From contig LSRY02000003.1 of assembly GCA_001643675.2 (NCBI GenBank), positions 806,001 through 870,000 of the forward strand: a stretch of DNA of 64,000 bases, in the 5' to 3' direction. Origin of the DNA: Monocercomonoides exilis PA203. Lineage: Eukaryota > Protista > Preaxostyla. This document shows positions 12,841-22,835 of the stretch, piece after piece. The notes beneath the pieces are model-generated. The model was not told where the DNA came from. It did no database searches and saw only the letters and a program-made list of their open reading frames with translations. The position numbers and the translations under genes are program-made. Each line of letters begins with the position of its first letter. The stretch's first letter is position 1.

Positions 12841-13199
12841 CAGACATTGCACAAAATACCGGACAAGATCGATTTCACAATAACTGCAAGAGGAATAATT
12901 CAGTTAATTTTCCTCAAAATATATCTCATCAATGCAAACTCAATTGATACACAAAACTTTCAAAATAGCTTCATTTGTGCTCAGAAAAAATTATTATTGA
13001 AATCTCGGAGTAATAAGATTATGAGTTTCTCCGAGATTTTTCAAATAGTTTTTTTCTGAGCACAAATAAAGCTATTTTGAAAGTTTTGTGTATCAATTGA
13101 GTTTGCATTGATGAGATATATTTTGAGGAAATTTGTCAGAATTATTCTTCTTGCAGTTATCGAGAAATCGATCTTGTCCGGTATTTTATGAGATATCTG
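12841..13199. mobile_element. Foldback MITE (~170-bp arms, ~17-bp spacer), CAGA...TCTG termini, Tc1/mariner-like
   Basis: Near-complete palindrome, e.g. aaaataccggacaagatcgatttc / gaaatcgatcttgtccggtatttt. The right end is followed by TA; the left end is preceded by TT. Confidence 0.75.
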
Positions 13200-13201
13200 T
13201 A

Positions 13202-13439
13202 TCTCAATTTTTTTAAAGGTTCCTGAAGTTATATTTTCAGGCCAAATTGAAGTTGACTATTTATATAGAATTTTCAATTCAATTCACAAAATTAACCAGA
13301 ATGAAAACAAATGCTTGACAATGCTATTATTTTTATGTTAGTGAAATTTAATTAATTGAAATGAAAATTTCATATAAGTGTTCATTTTCATTTTCACCAA
13401 AAAATAAAACAAATGGAACTTTTCATAAAAATAAAGACA
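13202..13439. mobile_element. Old degenerate copy of the 240-bp TGTCA MITE
   Basis: The ends tctcaattttttttaaaggttcc and aaacaaatggaacttttcataaaaataaagaca resemble the ends of 9861-10101, and the length is similar. Confidence 0.45.
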
Positions 13440-13643
13440 TCAAAATCTTGTAATTTTGGAAAATTATTTTTTAAACATCAAAATCACCTTTTGGATTTTT
13501 TTTACCAAATCCTCAAATCTTAAACATTGAAAGAAAATATTTTTTTATTTTAGGAATGGAAAAAATTTTTAAGAAAAAAAAATATTTTTTAAAATTCATT
13601 TATATAACAAAATGATAATGTGTCAAAAATTCAAATAATTTTA

Positions 13644-15313
13644 GTCGGGGAGTTAACCCGCTCAGGGTAGTAAACCCGCTCAGAAAAAGTGGAAAAAAAT
13701 GGGAATAAGATCACAAAGCTGAAGTTGAAGAAAAAAACTCAAGTTGCAAGATTGGCAGCATCCAGCGAAGCCAGGCTGTTGCATGATTCACACGAAAAGG
13801 GATTGTACATTCACCTTGTTTGCGGTCTTTCGAAATCTGCCATTGAAGAAGGGGGAGTGATTTCTCGACATTCGTTAAAAAGGGCTGAAAAAGCACAAAA
13901 CTGTGGAAGACCAAAAGGAAAACCTGGAAAGCTGTTAATTTTTTCGAAATCAGATGAACTGAGAATTGTTACAAAGATAGAGGTGGATGCAGAAAAGGGG
14001 ATTTATCATTCAAAGAAACAAATTGCAGAAATTGTGTGTTTGGAAAAGAATAATTTATGATCATTTAATTATTTATAATTCCCAGGCAAATGAAATAAGA
14101 ATGGAAAAGAGAAGCGATGGAGATGATATAATATGTGTTGATAAACACTGGCCAAATAGATTTTTATCGAGATATCCTGATCTAAAGCTGAAGCGTCCAA
14201 CACCTCTTCCAATTCATCGAGCTCTTCAAACATCAAAAGAAACAATTGCTCCATTCTTTGTCATGGTCACAAAATTTTTTGAAACGACCGAGGTCATTCC
14301 TCAGTTGTTTTTCAACTTGGATGAAACTTCTATGATTTTTTCTGAAAATCATTCATCAATTATTATCCCATCGACGTCCACAACTCCATCAATAATTCCT
14401 GAGCCATCTCTCCCAATGTTAACAAGCATAGTGTTTTTAACAAGCGCTGACGGGGTCAGGTATTTGGCTCCCATTATTATTCCATATTTAAATCTTCCTG
14501 AAGAATACAGAGAAGCCACGACTGAAACCGAGGTTTTTATCCCCAGCTCAAATGGTCATCTCTCTTCGAGCGGATTTGTAGAAGTTTTCCAAAAAGCTAT
14601 TTTGCCTAGGATGTTAAAAAAACGAACAGCGATCGGAAAAGCAGAGAAACATATCATTTAGATCATGGACGGAGGAACGGGCCATTTTTCACCAGAAGTT
14701 TTGAAGATATGCAAAGATAATTTAATTGATTTAATTCAACTTCCCTCACATACCACTCATCTTATTCAACCAAATGATCAGTACATTTTCGCGAATATGA
14801 AGAAAAATTTCAGCAAAGCAACGAATTGTGGAACATCAGCTTGTGCAAAAGATAGAAGAAAACTATTTGTTGAAGCTTTAAAGGATACATTTGCAATGGG
14901 AACTTTTCCGTCGACTATTCGAGCGAGTTGGAAAATCACAGGGTGGAATCCGTTCAACCCAGAGATTGTTTTGAGCATCATCACAGACAAACCCCCAGAA
15001 TGAAGCGAATCTATCAAAACATCTACCAAATGCATTGTAAATTCGAGATCTGGAAGAATTTTTTCTAGCTCTGATGATTTCTTCGAATTAACAAAATAAA
15101 ATAATGAACTGGATATTTAACACATTCGCATAGAAGTGTTCAGATTTTTACTCTGTTCCTATAGTATTTCATGATATTTTTTTGTAATAAGACTTTATTG
15201 ATTGCCTTTTTTGTTTTTTCTTTATTTTTTTTCACAAACAAATCAAAAAATGTTAAAAATATAAACTGATCAGGTGAGCAAGTTTACTCCCCTGAGCAGG
15301 TTAATTCCCCGAC
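13644..15313 (+). mobile_element. pogo/Fot1-like (DD35D) DNA transposon
   Basis: ~39-bp TIRs GTCGGGGAGTTAACCCGCTCAGGG... / ...CCCCTGAGCAGGTTAATTCCCCGAC, with TA on both sides. Confidence 0.92.
13689..15099 (+). pseudogene. pogo-family DDE_1 transposase with one intron (14034-14085) and two nonsense codons
   Basis: GRP and CENP-B-type HTH (HWPNRFLSRYPDL), FNLDET, MDGGTGH, PSHTTHLIQPND (DD35D). The GT-AG intron joins ...KKQIAEI|ANEIR... in frame. TAG at 14659 and TGA at 15001. Confidence 0.88.
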
Positions 15314-15314
15314 T

Positions 15315-17665
15315 AGAACTTGATTGATTTGATTGCATCAAGTGGCATTAGATCGGTCAACATACAATAAGATCGATCTAATGCCATTAAAATGCAGTCA
15401 AATTGGATGTGACTCAGTCACATCCGATCATTTCCATTCTGGGTTTCATGATCACTTTAAAAATATGTTTTTTGTGGGTCATTTCACTTGCTTGTTTCTC
15501 TTTTTTTCACAAAATGTCACAATCAACTTTTTTTTAGACATATTAGAGAGAGTGGAAAAGAGAAATACTATCACTGCACCAGTGCACATCGCTCCTTCAC
15601 CTGCAAAAAAAATCCCTCATCGAATCTGCTTGCAAATATATGAAAGTTGATAAAACTCATGCATTTTTCCGACTAACTGGATTTGCTCGCTTTGAATTTG
15701 ATTTGCTTTATCAGTTATTAAGCAAAGAAATCCCTCTTCATCGGGGAAAAGAAAAAACAATTGAAAAATTTGAGGATCAACTCTTTCTTCTTTTGAATTT
15801 TTTGCATCTTGGATTAACATCCTTCACTCATTTTCTCGTTTCCTCTTTTTATGGAACACAAAATTCAACAATTGAATTGCTTCATAGCATTGTTCAAAAT
15901 ATAAAAGTCAATCTGATCGATTTGTTTATCACATTTCGACCAGACAGATTAGATGATATGAGAGATGTGGGTGTTGTGGTTGACTGCACAGTTCTTCCAA
16001 TCAACAGACCAGCTGGAAGCTTGCAGTTTGGAACAAAATTCTACAGCGGGAAGCATCATATCTACTGCGTAAAGGCTGAAGTTGGTGTAAACCCGCGCAC
16101 CGGAACAGCCAGCACTGTCAGTTCCATTCACACCGGCTCAACACACGACTTTTCTATCTTCAAGGAGCATTTCCCACAATTTAAGGCGTAGCTTGGAGGG
16201 TCAAAAGTACTCGCAGACTCGGCATACATCGGGGCGAGGGCTGATTTGGATGCATATATTACGAAACCTGTTGGAACTCCTCAGCTAGCATCGCGGCGAG
16301 TCATAGTCGAGCGTTATTTAGGTCGTTTGAAGACTCTCTTCGCTGTCTTTCGCCACAATTGGCCATTTCAGGTCGAAAAGATTGCTGACTATTTCATTGT
16401 TACATGCGCATTGACAAACTTCCACATCCTTCACAACCCATTAACTGGACTTGACTGCGAAGCCAATCAGAGGTTCATCAATGAACTATACCTAATTACA
16501 ACAAGAAAAACAGAAGCAAGGAGACTTGTCAACGATAGATATCGGGCTAAACTTAAGGATAGACTCAACCCAGAGGCCTCTCCAACTTCTAGAATTACAG
16601 TTCTGCTTGCAGAAGAAGCTGGCGAGAATTTTTATTTCATACCCATATTATTCTTTATAACGTTTAATTTCTTCTTTTTCATATTTCAATAACCATAACT
16701 ATCTTTTTCAGGTGATTCTGATGACCAACAAACCCAAAATAGTGAAAAAGAAGAAAAAGAAGAAGAAAAAGAAGAAGAAAAAGAAGAAAAGGAAAAGAAA
16801 AAGAAAATTTCTATTGAAGAAAAAGAAAAAAGAAATGAATATATTATGTTGAATAGTGAAAATGATGAAATAGAAGATGAAAGAAATAATGTTGTTGGCA
16901 CATGGTTCATTCCGAACCAATGGAAAAGTCTTCGCCTTCTTCAACAATCTTCTTCTTCAACTTTTCCTTCTTCTTCATGTTCATCATTTGATGAAAAAAG
17001 AAAAAGAGTAAGTGAATCTCCTTCACAATCACTTCAAGCCAATAAAAAATGAGTTTTTTCATAATTTTTTTATATAAACATTCACCTTCATCACCTTTTT
17101 TGATAATCACAATACACTTTTGATGTTTTAGATAATATTTGTTTTTGTTGTTATTAAACATTCTAAAAAATATATGAAATTTTGATAAAAAATAGTTTTT
17201 AACTCTTTAAAGCTTAAAAAAAAATGAAAATATGAAATGAATGAAAATGAACATTAAAACAAACACGTATATGCAAATATTTAAAAATACATTCAAATAA
17301 GCTATTACTGTTGTTTTTTTTGTGAAAAATTTGGTAATCCTTACAAAAAATGCGTAAAAACTTGTTACAAATACATAGTATGAAAAACAGATAAAAGTGT
17401 AAAAACTAATCAAAAATGGCTTTTATAATATCTATTAAACACACATACCAAATATTGAAACACAACTAAAAACATTGGTGAAGAAATCAACAAAACAAAA
17501 AAAGTTAGGATCACAACACTCAAAACAAATTTAATTGATAATTCCGAAGCTGAAAACATGTGAGATTGATGAAATTCGATTAAAATTAGTTAAATTCGAT
17601 AAACCAGACATAAATCGATCTGACTGAGTCAAATTTTAGCGACTCAGTCAAATCAATCAAGTTCT
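15315..17665 (+). mobile_element. PHIS-supergroup (PIF/Harbinger-ISL2EU-like) DNA transposon, element 1
   Basis: TIRs AGAACTTGATTGATTTGA.../...TCAAATCAATCAAGTTCT. 3-bp TSD ACT at 15312-15314 and 17666-17668. Confidence 0.88.
15514..17052 (+). pseudogene. DDE_Tnp_4 (IS5/Harbinger-like) transposase, 2 exons, disrupted
   Basis: FFRLTGF HTH, VVDCT, FYSGKHH, GSTHD, LADSAYIG, RVIVERYLGRLK. Homopolymer frameshifts near the 5' end and TAG at 16189. A GC-AG intron at 16622-16711 restores frame into an exon ending ...WFIPNQWKS...ANKK*. Confidence 0.85.
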
Positions 17666-17671
17666 ACTATT

Positions 17672-20012
17672 AGAACTAAAACGAAATTATTTAGTAATGC
17701 GGTATTAGCTTCGACTAAGACCAAAAAGTGGTTCATAATACCAAAAAGATCGACTCAAAACCGATTTGATTAAGTCATGACCAATTTAACAAATTCTGGG
17801 TTTGTGATCTTTCTTCAGATATTTTCAAAAATATGGGTTTGATCAATTTTTTTGTTGTTGAAAAATTTTTTGATGTTACAATCTCCACTTTTGGATGTTT
17901 TGGAATGTGTTGAAAGAAGAAACGCAATACCTGAACATTTTGAATCAACGAAAAGAAAAGAAAACCTATCACTTATCGAATGTGCATACAAAGATGTGAA
18001 GGACCCATCTCGTGCATTCTTTCGACTCACGGGCTTTGTGCGATCAGAATTTGACATGTTACTAAGACTGCTTCCAGATGATTCACTTCCTCATCGGGGA
18101 AAGGCAAAAGCAATTAACACACTGGAAGAGCAATTATTTTTGCTTTTGAATGTTCTCCATCACGGCTCTTGCACCCTCACAAACATACTTGCATCAAAAA
18201 AACTTCACTCTCAAAGTGCGACTGTAAGACTGCTTCATTCCATTGTGTCTCGGCTTCGAGCGCCTTTGGCCGATCTTTTTCTGTCTTTCCGCAAAGACAG
18301 AATAGAGAGCATGAAGGATGTTGGAATAGTGCTTGATTGCACTGTGATTCCGACTAACCGACCAGGGGGTCGATTGGAATATGGAAAAAAGTTCTTTAGT
18401 GGAAAACACCATATTTACTGTGTCAAGGCAGAAGTGGGTGTTAACCCAAAGGTTGGCAGAGCAAGCACCATTAGCGCTATTTACTCAGGCTCCACGCATG
18501 ACTATGTTATATTCAAAGAGCATTATCCGTTGTTTGAATCGAAACTGGAGGGATCCAAAATTCAAGTTGATTCTGCATATATTGGTGCCAGACCAGACCT
18601 TGACGTTATCATAACAAAGCCCGTTGGCACACAGGAGCTTGCTTCCCATCGTGTAATAGTTGAAAGGTTCTTTGGAAGGATGAAAACACTCTTCTCCATC
18701 TTTCGCAAACCATGGATATTCGAAACTGATCGAATAGCTGACTATTTCAATGTGGCTTGCTGCCTAACTAATTTTCATATTCTTCATAATCCACTCACTG
18801 CGATTGACTCACAAGCAAATTCAAGATTTTTGGATGGAATGATAAGCGATTATCTTCGAAAACAGGAAGCAAAGAGCCTCGCAAATGAAAGATACCTTGC
18901 CAGATTAAGAAATAAACTTAATCCAAAAGATTCATTAACTCCCACAATTACGTCTTTAACTGCAGAATCAACAAGTTTTTTGAACACTTAAATACCCATA
19001 TTGCATTTATTTTCTGATTTATTGACTTTATTTTCCTTCTCGTTACCCACATTTAAGTTTTATTTTATTTTAGATAGCTCAGATGAGACATACGCAATGT
19101 CAAAAGCCAAAGAAAGAAGAGAAAATGAACAAGAGAAAGTAATGATCCAAAGAGAGCAGCAGACATCAGATTTGCTGAGTAGGGGAAGGGACGAGCACAA
19201 CATTCAGCCTCAAAATACTGATAATTCTTTGTCATGGTTTATCCCAAATCAATGGAAATCTGTAAGCACACTTTTTCCTCCTTCATCACAACAGTTTCCT
19301 TCAATTCCATCATCTTCCTCATCCGCTTCGTCATCTTCAACACAAAATTCAACCAGAAAACCTAATCAAACACAACTTCAGTTTTTACTGAATTGTCAAC
19401 ATTAGAACTGTTTTAATTATTATTTTTCCTCTATTGTTCAGACACCTCAAAAAATAATATAACAATGAACAGTTTTGAAAATTTTCATTTTTTTCTTGTT
19501 AAAAATAAAAAAACAATAAATTTCGTCATTGAAAAAACTCTTGTTTTGTTGTTTTCATAAAAAAGCTTAACAAACAATATTGAAATGTAAATTTATTTGT
19601 GAAAAACAAAAAAATCGCAATTAACAATAAATGGAAAGCTTCAGAGTTATATGGGGAAAACATATTCACTCCGTTTTTAAATTATAAAACTCTCACATCA
19701 TAAAAAAACGAAAACATTAGAGATAAAAATGTCACAGAATCAGAGTGAAAGATGATAATCTAACACTTCATAAATGTGTCGCTAACATATTATAATTACT
19801 GATTCCAGCGTTTCAAAACTTTGATCGTTGTATTTCATAAGAAATAATAAAGATATGAAAAATTATGATCAGATAAAAAACATATAAAGAATTTTCTAAA
19901 GATCAAAAAAAATAGACATTAAACCGTTTTGATTGAGTCGAAACGGAAATAATTGATTAAATACGAATTTGCAATAACAATACGAATTGACCAGATAAAT
20001 TCAGAAAAGTTC
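17672..20012 (+). mobile_element. PHIS-supergroup DNA transposon, element 2 (sister family)
   Basis: Left end AGAACTAAAACGAAATTAT. Right end ATAAATTCAGAAAAGTTC is an imperfect TIR lacking the terminal T. ATT on both sides (17669-17671, 20013-20015). Confidence 0.8.
17873..19405 (+). CDS. Intact DDE_Tnp_4 transposase, join(17873..18974,19074..19405), ~477 aa
   Basis: FFRLTGF, VLDCT, FFSGKHH, GSTHD, QVDSAYIG, HRVIVERFFGRMK. Phase-1 GT-AG intron at 18975-19073, the same position as in element 1. Exon 2 contains WFIPNQWKS. Confidence 0.88.
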
Positions 20013-20015
20013 ATT

Positions 20016-20984
20016 AGAACTTGATTGATTTGACTGCGTCAAGTGGCATTAGATCGGTCAACATCCAATAAGATCGATCTAATGCCATTGAGACGCAGTC
20101 AAATTGGATGTGACTCAGTCACATCCGATCATTTCCATTCTGGGTGTCATGATCAAAATATTTTTGTAAAAAAATTATAATTTAAATCAATAAATTGCGT
20201 TATATTTAATATCATTTTGATTGAATTTTAGAATTTTTCATTCTTAATAGTTTTTTATTCTTTAAGTTTTTTAAAATTATTGCAATTATTCTGAAAAACC
20301 TGGAAATTCTAATTATTTTTATTTGAGAATAATTACTGGTGATAAATTATAATGTTACAAGAAATTTTCATTTCATTTTTCAATATTTAGAACTTGTTTC
20401 ATTTGTTTTTAACATATCTCAATAATTTTCAGAAAAATGAAAAAACACAAAAAAGAATTAATGAAATCACATTTTCTTTTTGTTTTTTATTCGATATGCA
20501 AAAATATCGAAAAACGATTGAGTTTGAAACACACAACATTGAAGAAAATAAAAAATGAGAAATTTATATAATTATGTTGAAAATTTTCAAAAAAAATGAA
20601 TATGAAAATGTAAAAAATGTATTATATTTACAGTTTCATCTCGATTTGAGTTGAAAAAGTTCGTTGCAGAGTCGCAATGATAAATAAATCAAGTTTTCAA
20701 ATTGCTGAATTAAACAAAGAAAACAACATAAAATCAAACGAATATCAAAAAAATGTATTTTATACAATAATATATTGAAAATTCAACGTTAATGAACTTG
20801 AAATAATAAAAATATTAACAAAACAAAAAAATGCTTGATCACATGTTGTGATCATAAAAATCACAATTTCGCCCTTGGCGAGATTGAGGGAAATTCGATA
20901 AAAATTAGCAAAATTCGATAGACAAGATAAAAATCGATTTGACTGAGTCAAATTTTCGCGACTCGGTCAAATCAATCAAGTTCT
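20016..20984 (+). mobile_element. Non-autonomous derivative of the PHIS element 1 family (element 3)
   Basis: The first ~140 bp are nearly identical to 15315-15453. The 3' end matches ~17600-17665. TSD ATT at 20013-20015 and 20985-20987. AT-rich non-coding interior. Confidence 0.88.
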
Positions 20985-20993
20985 ATTTCATTA

Positions 20994-21077
20994 GCAAGGA
21001 TGGCCGAGTGGTCCAAGGCGGTGGATTTAAGCTCCCCTATCCGTATGGATGCGTGGGTTCGAACCCCACTCCTTGCA
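20994..21077 (+). tRNA. tRNA-Leu (anticodon TAA)
   Basis: Acceptor stem GCAAGGA/TCCTTGC plus discriminator A. A-box TGGCCGAGTGG. Anticodon loop TTTAAGC (TAA at 21028-21030). Long variable arm. T arm GTGGG-TTCGAAC-CCCAC. One T:C mismatch in the anticodon stem. Confidence 0.93.
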
Positions 21078-21084
21078 TTTTTTT
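21078..21084 (+). terminator. RNA polymerase III oligo(T) terminator
   Basis: T7 directly after the tRNA discriminator base. Confidence 0.8.
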
Positions 21085-21227
21085 CACCTATAACAAAATT
21101 TTTTTTGAAGTATTTAAAGAATTATTTTTTTTTTTTTTTGAATAATCAATTCAAAGCTGTTTGTATTGTCTTTTTCTAAACCTCTGCGTCACCCCTGAAA
21201 ACAAAATATATCGTCAGTCACTTCGTC

Positions 21228-21268
<41 letters not shown>

Positions 21269-22835
21269 GTTATAAAATTGATTGATTGAGTGGCATTATG
21301 ACATAAAAATGATTCGTGTTATTATTCTCAAAATATTCAAAGAAATTATCTCTTGCATGACACATATAAAATATATCAAATATCATCGTTTGACTTTCGA
21401 AAGAATAACACAATAAATAATGTCAAATTTCGAAAGAGATTTATTGAAATGATTATTTCATCAAATATAGATTCATGCAATATGTGTATATTTCCCGGAT
21501 TCCAAATAGAACAATAACTGCTTTTGGAAGATTCACTTTGTTGAAAAGCATGGCGAAATCGTTCGTTATCCCCAAAAAGATTTATTGCAATCAACACAAG
21601 TTATGGGATTGGAATTCTTCATAACTATCCATTTACAAACACGTCATCGTTCAGTAACGACATTTTGAATCGTCATTTTCTTCTTTCAAGCCAGTTCCTG
21701 CAAACTGCATAACAGAATAATTGCCTTTTTGTTCTGCTTTAATTTTAAAGGATATTTGAGAGAATATGTGGAAGAAGAGTTTAAATCAACAACACTGAGA
21801 TTGTTTGAGAATTGGAGAAGAAGAAAAGAGAAGAGGAGGAAGAAGAGGAGGAAGAAGGGAAAGAAAGTGAAAAGCTATCTTAAACATACACCTGAGCAGC
21901 CTGAGCATCAACTAAGCTCTGAAAATATTTCTCCGAACCGATGAGCGGAGATACTTCGAGAAGAAATGAAGAGCAACTTGATCAATGGAAAGCTAGAGAG
22001 CTGGTGGGGGAGAATAAGCTGCAACAAAAGAAAGAGGTCGGATGGTATATTTGAACGAATTTTTTGAGGAAAGTTGAAATGGTTCAGTTCAATGCTCTGC
22101 TGGACAAGTTTTGTGTGATTGTTGATCGGACTGTGATGTGGAAGCAGCTGAAGAGTATAGCAAAAGAAGAGAACGCACAGAGAATCTCAGCAAAGAAAAA
22201 CTCCGACGCAAAAGAGACACCGATGAAGCTGAAGGCTTTACTGCGCGAGCTGGATAGTTCTTTGGCAATTGAATTGGAGCAGATTCTGTCACTTGAGCGG
22301 AAGAACAGGAGAGCAAGGACGTCCAGTGAAGGCGCGCGTTCTGTCAGCAGCAGTTAGGTGAATCTGTTGCACACTCAGTTATGGTGATAAGACAGGGAAG
22401 GAAAATTGTTGCAAATGTTGTGTAGCTGTTAAGGGGAATCGAGAGAAGGGGGATCAACAGAGAAAGAGAAAAAGTTTGGCGGAGAGTGAGAGGGAGAGTC
22501 TGAAGGAGAGTTTTTATGTGGAAGATGGAAGAAGATATACAAATGGCTAATGCAAAATCATGAATCGGCCACAGCAGCAACAGCTAAAGCGGTAATGGCA
22601 GCGCTCACGGAAGAAGTTGATGAATTTGAGTGGTTTGCGACGATGGGATGGAGGAGAAAGATGAAAAGGAGAACGAGGAACAAACTGAGGATATGGAGGA
22701 GCATGCGAGGGGCATGTGGAGAGGGATGCAATGTGGATGTTACGATGGTGGAAGAGAGCCAATGCAAGGGACGATTGTTGGTTACTCACTGATCATTGCA
22801 AATATCAGTGAGTAATCTGAGTTTGTATTTCGGCC

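Noticed and set aside
10348-19405. Prokaryotic IS1595/IS5 insertion sequences (contamination)
   Set aside because: The transposases carry spliceosomal introns and acidic tails and sit amid intron-containing genes and a Pol III-type tRNA gene.
20939-21145. 68-aa ORF
   Set aside because: Overlaps the transposon TIR and the tRNA gene; spurious.
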